Positions 24,273 to 37,097 of a DNA stretch of 64,000 bases are shown here, piece by piece (the first letter of the stretch is position 1; every line of letters begins with the position of its first letter). Source of the stretch: Trichodelitschia bisporula (Eukaryota); NCBI GenBank assembly GCA_010356995.1, contig ML996689.1:1010691-1074690 (forward strand), written 5' to 3'. A program made the translations under genes and the position numbers. The notes under the pieces were generated by a model. It had not been told where the DNA came from. It saw nothing but the letters and a program-made list of their open reading frames with translations, and did no database searches.

Positions 24273-25826
24273 ATGTCTCTTCCTTTCCCAGACGTCGCGG
24301 CTCTCCACCATGTCTTTGCCTCTCCGGCAATTCCCTCCTCCGTCCCTATATCTCGTACAAGGCTCGAAGCTCAATCTGACCTCTACCGCGCCTGGAGCGC
24401 TGCCGATGATGTCAAAAACAAGGCCGCGAGGCTGAGTGACGCCGCAACTCAAGAGCTTCAGAAGGCCAGCGGTGCTGCCCAGGTAAAAGTCGGAGCTATC
24501 GAAGTCTACTCACCAAAATACTATGCCGCGTGCACCTTTGGCGGTCTCATGGCTTGCGTACGAGACTCAATCCCGCACTGTGATATCCGAACACTTTGGA
24601 TGGCTAACCTTCGGCTCCTAGGGCTTCACGCACGCGGCCGTTACGCCGCTGGATCTTGTGAAATGTCGTCGTCAGGTCGACTCCAAGATGTACAAGGGCA
24701 ACTTTGAGGCGTGGGGCAAGATTTTCCGTGCCGAAGGGTTCCGGGGGATTGCTACGGGCTGGGGACCGACGTTCTGGGGATATTCGGTGCTGAACAACAC
24801 TGTGCCGTTTGATAAGCCGCTTCTGCTAACTGTTAATACCAGGCTCAAGGTGCCTTCAAATACGGCGGCTACGAGATCTTCAAGAAATTCTATGCCGATC
24901 TGGCGGGGGAGGAAAATGCCCACCGATACAAGACGTCCTTATACTTGGCTGCCAGTGCTTCGGCTGAGTTCTTCGCTGACATCGCACTGTGTCCTTTGGA
25001 GGCGGTGAAGGTTCGCATGCAAACCACCATCCCCCCATTCACCAGAAGCACCCTCGGCGGCATTTCCGCCATTACGAGCAAGGAGGGAATCAGCGGGTGC
25101 GTGTCCTTGTAGCTCACTTTGAGAGTGACCTATTGACGTAAACAAGATTGTACAAAGGCTTGTATCCCTTGTGGGGCCGTCAGATCCCCTATACCATGGT
25201 AAGTGACGTAGAGAGTGCAGCCTTTCTGGAGCGTATCAACTCACTGTTTTGGTTAGGTGAAATTCGCGTCGTTCGAAACAATCGTCGAAATGATATATCA
25301 CCGCTTGCCGGGCCAAAAGTCGGACTACGGTAAAGGTGCTCAGACGGCCGTGTCGTTTGCCGGAGGCTATCTGGCCGGTATCTTCTGCGCCGCCGTCTCG
25401 CACCCGGCCGATGTGATGGTTTCGAAACTCAACGCAAGTCGACTTCCAGGCGAGGCCTTTGGTGCAGCCATGGGCCGTATCTACAAGGACATCGGCTTTG
25501 GCGGTCTCTGGAACGGCCTGCCCGTGCGTATCGTGATGATTGGTCCGTAGATACCTCTTGTCTCTTGTGATCTTCTGCATGTGCACTAACGGATTCTCAG
25601 GTACGCTCACTGGGCTGCAATGGATGATTTATGGTAAGTGGAATCATCATCCTCAAATAGTGACCATGATGGCTGATAATGAACCTAGATTACTTCAAAA
25701 TCTTCATGGGTATGTTAGCTCCAGAGATCTTTAACCTACTATTTCACTCCCCCTTTACTGATCGAATTTTTAGGTCTCCCGACCACTGGTGGTGCTGCGC
25801 CGCCCCCAGACAAGAGCAAGGCGTAG
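24273..25826 (+). CDS. PIC2: Mitochondrial phosphate carrier (SLC25A3; Pic2-like), ~7 introns
   Basis: [90 protein letters not shown]. Confidence 0.9.
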
Positions 25827-27109
25827 AGCAGTACCGTAAGACTCGACTTGATGCAAGAATAGAGGCGCCTGAGGGGAAGTCGGGGTGTACTTTTGGCGGT
25901 TGCCGTACTTCTGTAGTTATGACGATGCGACGACAAGGTGTATCTTCTTGTGGCTGTAGCAAACTTTTGGAAATTCCGCTTCGTTCTCCAATTTTTGTCC
26001 TAATTTCCCAAGGGGATAACCCGTCCACTCTCGGAGCTCTTCCCGCAGCGTCAATTCCTGCACGACCCGTAGCCGAATAGCCTCTGCAAAGCAGACGCAG
26101 CTAGAAAGCCACAGACTTTGGAGCCGGAGCAGATCCAGCCTTTGCCGGATTCCCATGTTGCTGGACGCTCGCCCTGCGTATGAGGCTGGCATTGTGGTGT
26201 GCGGGCGCGCCGAATGGCATTGGGAATGCTTATCGCGGCGCGTTGCTAAACCCTATCACCTCATCGCTCATACACACGCGGGGGTCGGGTGGAAGCCACA
26301 GCAACCACCTCAGGACTTGTGACGTGAATGTATCAGCCTCTGGCGCCTGCCTAGTAGGCTTCTGGCTGGGCGATAGTAGGAAGGAGGGGTAGATATCATG
26401 ATCCAACACGGTTTTTTTTTCTTTTCATCACCGGTGCGGGGCGTAGACGCCGTGGTCGCCGGAGGGGTTACGCTCGTGGGTGACAAAGGGCGCAAGGCTC
26501 CGCGCCGTCCGACAGGCGGCCCGCTCGACGCCTTCTTATGCGCGCTGCGAGGGACACCGGCGCGCACCGAGATGGTGTACATATGGCATGATGTGGTGTT
26601 CATGGAGTCGCGTATCTTGCAAGGACGACCGATGAAGTACAAGTAGAAAGAAAAAAGGAAAATGGACGTGTGATGGGCCTGGATCGGCGAGCAGAAGACG
26701 CCAATTCGGACGGGCCGCAGTACCCTCGTGCGGGCATTCTCGTTCGTCGCGGCGTGCATGGAAAAGGTCTTTGGCACGAGATTGACCTGTTGGAGCCTGC
26801 AGCTGATGGGAAATACCAAGAACAAGCCAAGCAAGCACCAGGCCGATTCAGTCCGTGGGTTGCGTCATTTGATCTCTCCGATGCTCGACTATCAAGCAGA
26901 CTGCCTCTGACTGCCGGCGCCTGAATCTCTACGGCTGCGGCCGCGCCTTGTTCCCCGGATATATAAGGCACCAGACGACTCACCCCCCCCATTCCCCCCT
27001 CTCCCCTCTCTCTTGCCATATCAAGCTCCCGCCTTTAGCTTTGAACTGTCAGATCGCATCTCCACAATCTTACAAACAATCCTCATATCTACTAATCTAT
27101 ACCGGAATC

Positions 27110-27746
27110 ATGTCCGACGCTCCGATTCACTCTACAGGTCGTGGTGGTGAGTCTAGCCTTGTCTCGGGCCCATCCGAGCCATCCCCACTAGCCTTATGCC
27201 GCTGACACCTTGTTAAAGGTAGGGGCAACATCGGACCGGATCCGAATGTGTGAGTTGAGGCCATTGCCGCATCCGAGTCTTGAGTTGTCCTAACCCCCTC
27301 AGGTACGCCGACGGCGGCATCATTCGCGAGGGTTTCCAGGGTGTCTCTCCCGAGGGGGAATACTCCAGCGGCGTCAGTACTTTCCCGCCATCAAACCGCG
27401 GCAGGTGAATCGCAGGATGCTGACTCTTCTAGCGTGGTGGTGCCGGAAACATAGTTGCTTCCCCCAAGCTCGGCCCCACCGAAGGCCGCCGCTCGACGGA
27501 CGTGATCCCCGAGACCGCTCTTCGTACCGACGAAGGCCATGAGAACTTCCACACCGGTGTGAGTACTACAGGTTCGATGCCAGGGCTTAACTAATTGCCA
27601 TTCGTCAGCGCGGCGGTGGGGGCAATGTGCACAAGGAGAAGTATGGTGGCCACACCACCGACCCGAGCAAGCCCAGCATTGTCGACAAGGCCAAGAGCCT
27701 CTTCCACAAGGACAAGTCTGCCACCAAGCCAGAAGGTTCTTCTTAG
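27110..27746 (+). CDS. DUF3602 (Par32-like GRGGAGN repeat) small protein, 4 introns
   Basis: Exons 27110-27146, 27219-27249, 27303-27372, 27433-27558, 27609-27746 give HSTGRGGRGNI..YSSGRGGAGNI..FHTGRGGGGNV. TATA (TATATAA) at ~26960. Confidence 0.85.
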
Positions 27747-28169
27747 ACCTCCAATGGGCAAAGGGACTCTGTAGATGATTGTTGGTGTGGGTGAGATATC
27801 GTGATACCAGGCTGAAATACGGCCATCGGTTTTAGGGGGAATTGGGTTCAGGACAAGTTTATACTGTTGAAATTCTCTTGTTGCAAAGTCTTTCCCAATG
27901 ACATGCCATGTGTCCAGTACCCTACTGCTAGTTTGATCATATCGAGATCGTAGCAAGGGGCTTGACCCGTTCGGCTCTTACCCCTCGCCATTACCCCGCG
28001 CGTGGAGCATAGTGCTATCGATAACAGGGGGGTTTTTCTACCCCAGCACGCCATCGAGTTACACGATGCTGCTAGTCGAACCGGTGAAGAGCTAGATGCA
28101 TCCGATAGCACTGTCTTTGCACAGCCGCCCTTTATTCCATCCGATCCGTCGTTGATACCTCACTATCCT

Positions 28170-29200
28170 ATGGCATCTGATTCGTCCTCGGCCAGCGAGC
28201 AACTGGTGCTCTCCGCCGACCCCAAGCACCCGGCCAACCTCATCTGCGAGCTATGTCGCGGATTCTACCGTCTAGGCTGGGTAACTCTCCCTCACTAAGA
28301 TCGCAGCATTATCTCCCGCAACAGCGCGCTGACTGTCCCGCTCCCGAATCCAGGTCACAGGCACTGGCGGCGGCACCAGCATCCGCCACCATGACCACAT
28401 CTACATTGCGCCCTCGGGCGTGCAAAAAGAGATGATGGTGCCGACAGACATGTTCGTCATGGACTTTCACAGCAAGGAATACCTGCGCAAACCTCAAGTA
28501 CCGCCTCCCGCATCCCCCTCCAACAAACCCATCATTCTGACGCGTGCCGCTTCTTCTTTCTCAGGCCCTCAAACCTTCGGCCTGTACACCTCTCTTCCTC
28601 GCTGCCTTCACTAAGCGTGGCGCCGGCTGCTGCATCCACACACACTCGCAATGGGCGGTGCTGATCACGCTACTGGTCGAGCGGGAGTCTGGACCCGATG
28701 CGTGCTTTGAGATCGAACAGATGGAGATGATTAAGGGGATTCCTAAAGGACCAGGAAAGCAGGGAGCTCTGAGCTACTTTGACCGCTTGAGAATCCCCAT
28801 TATTGAGAATACAGCTCAGTGCGTTACAGCCTTGCTCTGCTGTTCTGGGTATTTTGATACTGACGTGCGTTCTACAGGGAGGAAGACCTGACTGAGGCGC
28901 TCGAGCAAGCCATGGATAATTACCCGGATACGTACGCCGTACTTGTGCGACGGCATGGGATGTGAGTGACATCTGAAATGTGCAAGGAGATGGTATGATC
29001 TGACAATGGTTAGCTACACCTGGGGCGACAACGTGCACAAAGCGAAGACCCAGTGTGAATGGTAGGTCCCCCTTCCATATCTCACGTCACATACCTGCTG
29101 ATCACCTTAACGTAGCCTAGATTATCTGTTCCAAGTAGCAGTAGAAATGAAGAAGCTGGGGCTCCCTTGGACAAATGCTTCACTAGCGGATGGACTCTGA
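28170..29200 (+). CDS. MDE1: Methylthioribulose-1-phosphate dehydratase (methionine salvage, MtnB/APIP), 5 introns
   Basis: [45 protein letters not shown]; Zn-binding [18 protein letters not shown]. Confidence 0.95.
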
Positions 29201-29603
29201 GACCTATAATAGCTTAGCGTGGAGTGTAAAGGCAAAGAACATTCCCCCAGTGTTGCCCGTCATATCCCCCCGTCTATCCAGTTGAAGACATAACACCACA
29301 TATGAGGTTTCATGATAATTACGACACCTATGCATACAACCTTTCAAGGCACTACCCACCCAGCAGATCTCCAACCACTTGGAGCAAGTGTTCAAGATCG
29401 CATTGATACCCAGCATCCTCCCCGAGCCCTCGGAACGCCGGCAAAGACAGAATAGCGACAACGCCCTGCAAATTTTCCATCAGTGACGCGGGGAAAGGAG
29501 AAAGAGAGAGCAGCTAGCTTATGAATATCTAAAAGACATCCCCTTTTTTTTCTCGTTCGAGTGAAAACTGAAACGCAGACAACATGTTCGCACCCGGGAT
29601 TTC

Positions 29604-31450
29604 CTAGGCAGTGACGGCCTCAGCGCTGATGTCCTCCTGCTTCTCTTCGACGCTCTCCTTGGCATCCTCCATAGGGACATCCTCGGGAGCCTCTTCAGCG
29701 CCGCCAGAGGCGTCCTGGGGCTCGGCTTGAATGTCTTCTACAGTGGGGAGGGCCTTGGGCGCGCTGTCATCAGCATGGACTCCGTTTGTTGCGGTTTCCT
29801 CGGTACCAGCAACCGCAGAAGCCTCATCCGCATCCGTGGTCTTGGCCCAGGCCTGCAACAAGTCGCTGCAACGCTGCTTGAAATCGAACTCATCGTCACG
29901 GGGCACCGTGGATAGCTTGAGGACGCCCTTCAGAACCTTGTTAATCTTGGTGCCGCGAATGATTGTGGCCTCGAGGTCGGAGAATCCTTCAAGCTGATCG
30001 AGATACTCGGCCATTTGAGGCATGTCGTCATCCTTTGGCGCTTGGTCCCGGCTCAAGAAACCGCGCTGGAGCTTGTGGCGAATGTACAAGACTGGCACTG
30101 GTCAGCAGATCGTCTCTCGTATCCAGGTTTGCAACTTACTCGTCTTTTGCTTCCGGTTGAGCTTCTCTTCAGCAGAGAGCTCAGAAACACCCGCAGCAGG
30201 AGGGCCGTCCTCGTCGCTTTCTGCCTTTTGAGTCTTCTTCGGCTTGGAGGCCTTCTTCGGCTTCGGAGTAGGGTCAATATTGGCCTTGACCTTGAGCTTC
30301 TTGGGAGTTTTCCCCTATTGATTAGCAAGATGGCAAAACGTCGAATGCTCAAACATACCTTGGGAGTGTCAACGTCGCTAAGCAGATCCTTCTTGCGCTT
30401 CTTCGACTTAGGCTTCGCCTCCGTCTCATCAGCATCACCGCTGACATCGTCCATTTCGACGTCCTCAGGCGAAGAAACCTTCCCACTCTTCTTCTTTGAG
30501 GGCTTGGCCTCCAGCTTCAGCTCCTCTGCTTTGAGCTTCTCCTCACGCTCCTCACGGGTGCGCTCCTCGTGGTCCCGAAGCATCTTCTTAAAGTATTCTA
30601 GATCATGATTTTCCGCGGCAACCTCATAGGCCTCTGCAAGTTGGCGATTCTTCTTGGCGTGATGGCCGTCGGTCGAAACAATCTCCTTGAGCGTGTCCAT
30701 ATCAAGAGGCGACAGCTCGGTGTTGACCTGCCAGTAGCTGTAATTGACCACTGTCAGCAGGCGGTCATATTAGGCGTTAGCAGTGCTAGGGAGCAGACTC
30801 ACAACTCGTTTGAACCAAGGAACATGACAGGGTAACGCCGCTCACGAACGTTTTTCCCTCCTTCCATGAAGTCCTCGCGGTATGTACCGTCAGGGCGCAT
30901 AGCACCGACCGGCCGCTTGCCCAACAGGCTCTCTGGCAACATTTCCTCATCGCAGATGACGGCCGGCCAGGGAGGAAAGCCCTTCATGTGCGCATACCAG
31001 TACTGTCCCGGCTTGGCATCGAGATGCAGCTTGATCATGGACTGCTTTCGATTGAGCTTCTTCGCCTTGGAGTCCGTGCCAGGCGCAGCAGACTTGCGCT
31101 TCCCGCTCTTCTTGTTCTTGGGGGTGGCTGGCGTGCCGTTGGCTGCAGGGAGAGCTGCTACACAGGGTCAGCACGATGGCTTTCGAGGAGCACGGGCGAC
31201 GTACCTTCATCATTGGGAGCTTCATCAGCAGGTACAGAGGCAGGGGCAATTGGCTCGTCTAGGCGTGCATTAGCAATGGAACATCGCGCGTTTGCCCGAT
31301 AGAGAACATACCAGAGACTGTCTTCTCTTCGGTGGGCGGCGCGTCGCCAGCGTCCGTCTCGGGGGCGGCAGCGGCTACTGTGTTTTCAACGGCTTCCTGG
31401 ACAGCAACATCGTCTTTGGGAGGGCTTGAAGGAGCCGCGGTGTCCGACAT
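29604..31450 (-). CDS. PWWP domain chromatin protein (Pdp3/HDGF-like) with C-terminal helical domain, multiple introns
   Basis: YWYAHMKGFPPWPAVICDEEMLP (PWWP); C-terminal LYIRHKLQRGFL..LEATIIRGTKINKVLK. Confidence 0.88.
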
Positions 31451-33815
31451 GGTGCCGATTTGTGAGACGCGCTTTTCTTCTGGCAGCGTGGTGGGCGACG
31501 CGTCAGAGTAGCGTGAATGCGACGACCGCGGAGGGGAGTGTCGCGGGCCGATGAGAATTGATGTAAGGACGTATGGAGATGGGCGGTGATGGAGTGCGTT
31601 GATGGTGTAGCAACGGGGCGTGTGATGGACACGGGTTGTGCGTGGGGAGAAGTGAACGGCCAGGAGAGGAGAACAGCTAGCGAACCCCGAGCTCTGCGGG
31701 AGTTTTGTATGAGTCAGCAAGCCCGTGTGGTCCTTTTTTTTCCGCTGCACAACGCGAGGACCACGACTTACCTTCCAAGCCACCACGGCCCGTCCAAGAC
31801 TTGCGAAAACTCTTAATAATGCGGTGGCTTGAGCGGGAGGGTATTTATTGCAGGCTGCTGATGCGAATAAACTTCTTAACGTTTGTTGTGTTGGTGCTTC
31901 GATCGAGCTGTTGCTTCACTGATGGGGGTGAGTGAAAAGATGTGCGACGGCCTGAGGCAAGGTTGTTTGGGCGGGAGGGGGCCCTTGGGGCAAGGCAATG
32001 CCGTAACTTGGGGCCGATCGGATTGCGACTCACCAGCGCCGACGTCACTCACGCTGGATCGCTCGGCCTGAGTAACGTCCCCTCCAAAACAAAAACTGTA
32101 CAGGGATGCGAGGCTGAGTGTTGCAACCAATGCCACCACTAGAGCGCGTGTCTATAGATATTGGACTATCAGTCTGCTTCCTTTGAGTGCATTTCGAAGA
32201 TGTATCTTACTCCTGACATGTCCCTTTTCTTGCCAGTGATGAGCAATTGAGACGGTCAAACAAGTTGGACAACTGATCAACCGCATGGCTTAAGTAGCCT
32301 AGTCCGATATTCCAATGTTTCGTCCTGTGGACGTGTAAGTTTGCCGTCGATTTTTCGTGTGTGCGCCGCTGAAATGTCGCCTAGCAGTAGAACTAGACGT
32401 ACTAATCGTAGACTGTAAAAAAGCCGTGTCAATTCTGAGCGCCAGTTCAGACGAATCCTGAAATAGTTGTCAAGAGACGAGGCACAGCATCGGACCTTTC
32501 ATAAGTCAAGCCAGTAGGAAACACCGGTCCACTGCTGCGATTTCGAAGAAGTCAAAGGCGGTCTGGAAGGACCAATGCATTGTACAAACTTCCTCTCGTG
32601 GTATTTATGCCATGAACGTGGAGCGCATACCACCTTCCACACCCGTTTCGGGGGAGCGAATCGTGCCTTCCGGCCACCAGCCATCAAACGTAGTCGATGC
32701 CTTATTTTACGTATTGCCCGTATCTGCAGATCCGTCCAGTTTGTCGTAGAATGGCTCTTCGCACAGTGGATGAATGCCAGATTCCAACGATGGAATGGTC
32801 CAAGTCATGGTCCAGTTATGTGGATGGGTATGCAGTGTATAGAAGCCAAGGAGGGCGAAGTACGACCAAGGAAGCTTGGGGAAGGCATGGCTTGCGGGTC
32901 TAGGTGCAAATTGCCGTATCTGGTTCAACCATTTCAACTGAACTGATCCTTAGCACTGCTTTGCGTTGCCCATGTGCGGAAGGTACTCAGGTATGGCACA
33001 TCCGCCTCAAAACTCTCCCCCCATATGCTGGCTTCGGGGATACTCTGACAGGTCAGGGTATGCTAAAAGCTCCCCAAGCTATGGGGCGGATGTGGATATC
33101 TCTTGGATGTACCATTGTATGCTCGTGAAGGAGGGGTGTCGGGTGGTGGCTGCGAGACTGTGAAGGCCCCGGCGAGGAGTGGGCGGAGAGGGTTTAGGTG
33201 GAGATAACTTTCGGTCTCCAAAGATTATATGCCAGTAAATCGCGAACAGCAACTGGTGATGGCGCAAGTGCTCGTATGGCGAAAGAAGGACTGCTCGAGC
33301 ACACGTTGTGGCCGCCAAGTAGGTACGTCGGTGGTCGAGTCAGCTACTGACGAACGAAAAGAAAGAGGGCAAGCCCGGCCCCGCATTTACCCTCTAAACC
33401 AGAATCCCTCCACCCACGATCACCACAGATGCAGTACATAATCGCCACATTCAATCAGTGACTTCCTTGTGTTACAGTAGTGCAGATATGCAGCAGAAGC
33501 ATTTCTGCTCGAGAGAAAATACGCGCCTCGATCAGGATCAGCCGATCTGGAGGCAAGATTTCAGCCTTAGTGCCAAGTCCATATTTATTACACTAGAACT
33601 AGACAGGATATGGCGGTGTCCCATCCAGTCGTGCCAGTGTCCATCAAAGCATGAATCAAAAGTCCAAAGTCCAATGCTGGATCGGTCGTACCACTGAAGA
33701 CATCATGAAAGCTGTTGTTGCGAATTCAAGTACAGGTTTGCAAGAAAAGAATAAGACACCAGAGTGTTGTAAGCTATTTTAGCATTTCGAATCAACTCAG
33801 TTAGAGTTGTATCTA

Positions 33816-36797
33816 TCAAAAACCCCTCCCAGGGCGCGATGTTGTAGGTCTCTTGACCGAACCACGCGCTTGCACCTTTTTAACTGCAGAGGCAGAGGGC
33901 TTCTTGACCGTGGCAGCATGCGCTCTGCTCGTTTCTGTTGCCAAGCGTTCAGCCTCCCGTTCCCTGTCCTCGGCCATCTTGGCCTCTAGTTCAGCCTTGC
34001 GGTTGAATTCCAACTCGGTCACGCGCTTTTCCCTAGCCGAGTAACCCTTCTCCCTGACGGAGTAAAAGACTCCACCCAAGTCGGCCAGCCAATGAGGATC
34101 TACGGACGTGACACACGACATATACTCCTTGGATGTGAGGATGAGTTCGTGGTACACAACGTAGTCAGGGAGATAGCCGAGGCCGTATAGCGCACTTGTA
34201 GGATGAAGCTGCACCGTCACGCTGGTTCGAAGATTAACGTATTCTCCGATCCCTTTAACCTTGGCAGCTTGGTGATAGTAGCCTGAGCAGATGCACTTTC
34301 GAATCATGTCCCAGTCGGTTCCGCAGCTGACCAGATCCATCTTCTGCATTCCCATGATGTCGACAATCTGCTCCCGAATTTCCTTGGCCCGACGCAAGCC
34401 CTTCGGATGGAGAAAGTGTCGAACACACCAGCCGTCGGAGTAGCCGTTTATTCTCCACTGGCTGTAAACGTGCAGGAGGGTAAGGTGGTCAGACTCGGGA
34501 ACGAAGAACTTTTCCCGCGCGGTATCCGACTCCTCTTGCCGTTCCTTGGGGCGGTAAAAGACACTTGGAACAGAGAGCATTGAAACAATAGTGACCATTT
34601 CCTCACTGCATCCATATTCCACGGACGTTATGATGAGCTTGGCCAGTGAGGGGTCCATAGGAAATGCCGTCATCTTTTTGCCAAGCGGTGTGAGGCCGCC
34701 AATATTATCAAGGGCACCAAGGGCCCACAGATCAAACAACGAAGTGGTAATGGTGTCTTGTGGTGGGGGGTCCATGAAGTCGAAATCCAGAAGATCCCTG
34801 ACTCCAAGCGACTTCAGCAGCAGAACTGTGTTAGAGAGGTTTGTTCGTTGGATTTCAGGAATAGTTTGAATATAGAGCTCGTCCCGGAAAGCTCGCTCGG
34901 TGAAAAGATGGAAGCATTTGCCCGGTCCAGTCCGTCCAGCTCGTCCAGCACGCTGCGAAGCGTTTGCCTGCGATATTGGGGTTATCTGCAAGGTGTCCAT
35001 TCCCATCTTCGAATTGTAGACTTTGAGCTTCGAATACCCCGCATCCACAACGTACATGATGCCATCAACCGTCAAGCTAGTTTCCGCGATGTTGGTGGCC
35101 ACAATAACTTTCCGGACGCCCGGTGCAGCTTTGTCAAAGATTTTGGCTTGTAGATCAGCTGGCATCTGGCTGTAAATCGGTAGAATGCTTAAAGGAGAAG
35201 GGTCGTTCAGCAACTTGAGCCGCTCATCGATCAACTCGCAAGTAACCTCGATATCCTCTTGGCCAGTCATGAAGACGAGAATGTCGCCTTGCCCCTGGGA
35301 GACATGAATTGCAAGGACTTGCTTCACCGCACTATCCACATAGTCCTCACAGGGGGAACGGGAAAACTGAATGTCGACAGGAAATGTACGACCAGGAATG
35401 AAGAACTCGGGTGCTCCGCCATAGAACCGAGAAAAGCGTTCGGCGTTCATCGTGGCCGAGGTGACTATGAGTTTCAAGTCCCGTCGTCGAGCAAGAACCT
35501 TTTTGATGAGGCCCATGAGGACGTCGGTATTGAGGGCACGTTCATGCGCTTCATCCATGATGATTACGGAATACCTGTCCAGGTCCGGGTCGGCAAGGGA
35601 CTCGCGCAGGAGGACTCCGTCAGTCATGTACTTTATTGCCGTCTCCTTGCTGGTGCAGTCCTCAAATCGAATTGCGTAGCCAACTAAGCCTCCAAGTCTC
35701 ACTTCCATCTCTTCACTGACACGCTTTGCGACACTCATAGCAGCAACGCGTCTCGGTTGCGTGCAGGCGATGATGCCGAGTTCACTGTATCCATCCTCAA
35801 AGAGAAACTGCGTCAGTTGTGTGGTTTTCCCAGAGCCGGTCTGTCCCACCACAATGATAACTTGATTGTCGCGAATGACTCGAAGCAACTCTTCTCTGAC
35901 AGCAAATGCAGGCAAGTATTCCCGCTGCTCTTTCAGTGTCCTGCTCTTGCTGAAGGCGCTTTGGCCTTCGTTCTGCTTCATGTGTCGTGAAAATTTGTTA
36001 TCGCTCTTCCCATCATTTTCTCCAGGAGCGGGAGCAGCGCTATCTCCTTCATCCTCCTTCACACCCATAAGGTTTCCTAATGTTGTCCCTGCGACTCTGG
36101 TCGCATCCTGGGCTTGCCTTTGCCGTTCACGTTGTTGGCGACGCTCTCGCACGACTTTGCTGCCTTTACGGGAAAAGACAGCCATGTCGCTCTGGGGGTC
36201 CTTTACAGCAGAGATTGGATCAAGCTGTTTGGTGAAGACCTTGCGGCCATCAAGAAAGGGCGGCCGAAGATCATGGACCAGCAGATGTACGCGGGTGGCC
36301 TCTTCATCATCGTCGAAAGTCCCTTCCTGATCACGTCGTTGAGCTACTCCGGACGTTAACATGCGGTTTGCTTCCCAAGCGTCGACGTCTTGCTGCTTCT
36401 GCATAGACTTGGATGTCATGCGACCCGTTTTCTTCTTCTCCGCCAGCGCAGCCTCACGCTGAAGTTCCATCCATGTAACTTCGGCGCCGCCAAAAGGATT
36501 ATGCGTCTCATCTCCGAAGGTATGTCCATTCTCTTCCCCGCCATACCAATCTCGATCGAGGGCCGTCGAATCTTCCAAAGCAATGCCCGGTTCGGGGCCA
36601 TCGAATTCTGTTTGACGCGGTGCTTCGGATCCATTGCGAGAGCTGGGCCGAGTGACTGATCGTGATGAGGCTTTAGAGGGGCGAAAGCGGGAAGGAAGGA
36701 GGTTCGGACGGAGGTTGATGTCACCAGTCGGAGGTGGTAAGGAACGATCTTGTTCGGGATCGAGTTTTCGCCGCTTGGGACTGTGATCACGCGTCAT
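33816..36797 (-). CDS. PRP16: Pre-mRNA splicing DEAH-box helicase Prp16
   Basis: 993-aa intronless [50 protein letters not shown]. Confidence 0.96.
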   Translation of the reverse strand: MTRDHSPKRRKLDPEQDRSLPPPTGDINLRPNLLPSRFRPSKASSRSVTRPSSRNGSEAPRQTEFDGPEPGIALEDSTALDRDWYGGEENGHTFGDETHNPFGGAEVTWMELQREAALAEKKKTGRMTSKSMQKQQDVDAWEANRMLTSGVAQRRDQEGTFDDDEEATRVHLLVHDLRPPFLDGRKVFTKQLDPISAVKDPQSDMAVFSRKGSKVVRERRQQRERQRQAQDATRVAGTTLGNLMGVKEDEGDSAAPAPGENDGKSDNKFSRHMKQNEGQSAFSKSRTLKEQREYLPAFAVREELLRVIRDNQVIIVVGQTGSGKTTQLTQFLFEDGYSELGIIACTQPRRVAAMSVAKRVSEEMEVRLGGLVGYAIRFEDCTSKETAIKYMTDGVLLRESLADPDLDRYSVIIMDEAHERALNTDVLMGLIKKVLARRRDLKLIVTSATMNAERFSRFYGGAPEFFIPGRTFPVDIQFSRSPCEDYVDSAVKQVLAIHVSQGQGDILVFMTGQEDIEVTCELIDERLKLLNDPSPLSILPIYSQMPADLQAKIFDKAAPGVRKVIVATNIAETSLTVDGIMYVVDAGYSKLKVYNSKMGMDTLQITPISQANASQRAGRAGRTGPGKCFHLFTERAFRDELYIQTIPEIQRTNLSNTVLLLKSLGVRDLLDFDFMDPPPQDTITTSLFDLWALGALDNIGGLTPLGKKMTAFPMDPSLAKLIITSVEYGCSEEMVTIVSMLSVPSVFYRPKERQEESDTAREKFFVPESDHLTLLHVYSQWRINGYSDGWCVRHFLHPKGLRRAKEIREQIVDIMGMQKMDLVSCGTDWDMIRKCICSGYYHQAAKVKGIGEYVNLRTSVTVQLHPTSALYGLGYLPDYVVYHELILTSKEYMSCVTSVDPHWLADLGGVFYSVREKGYSAREKRVTELEFNRKAELEAKMAEDREREAERLATETSRAHAATVKKPSASAVKKVQARGSVKRPTTSRPGRGF

Positions 36798-37097
36798 GCT
36801 GAAGGACTAAATGTGCTTGCAGGTAGTTCAGTGCTTTGGTTGTCTCGAGAATATGCATGCAATACTGATAGTCCTTGAACTTCAACATCGAGACCCTGAA
36901 GGGTTCGAGGTGGTTAAGTGCCAAGGATTTCGGAACTTTGTTGTTCCGAAAGCTCAGCCCTACGGAATTTGGGTGGCGCTTGGACAACCCTTTGGCTTGT
37001 GGCTTTGGTGGGGAAGTTCGTTGACCAGGATTTTTTTTTCTCTCTTCAGCGCGCACCCGAATGTGATTTGAAAACTCACTACTCTAAGTCCGCCGAT

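Noticed and set aside
27559..27608. GGTTCGA T-loop-like words (here and at ~14172, ~36902, ~41519)
   Set aside because: No cloverleaf pairing or A-box; not tRNAs.
31450..31786. In-frame non-ATG N-terminal extensions (PWWP gene here; similarly NPL4 6162-6404 and PAL1 44398-44530)
   Set aside because: C-rich leaders are naturally stop-poor; the translations are low-complexity and the downstream ATGs have good context.
32460..32946. Possible decayed gene between the PWWP gene and PRP16
   Set aside because: Stop spacing of about 30 codons is near random expectation and no family motif was recognised.
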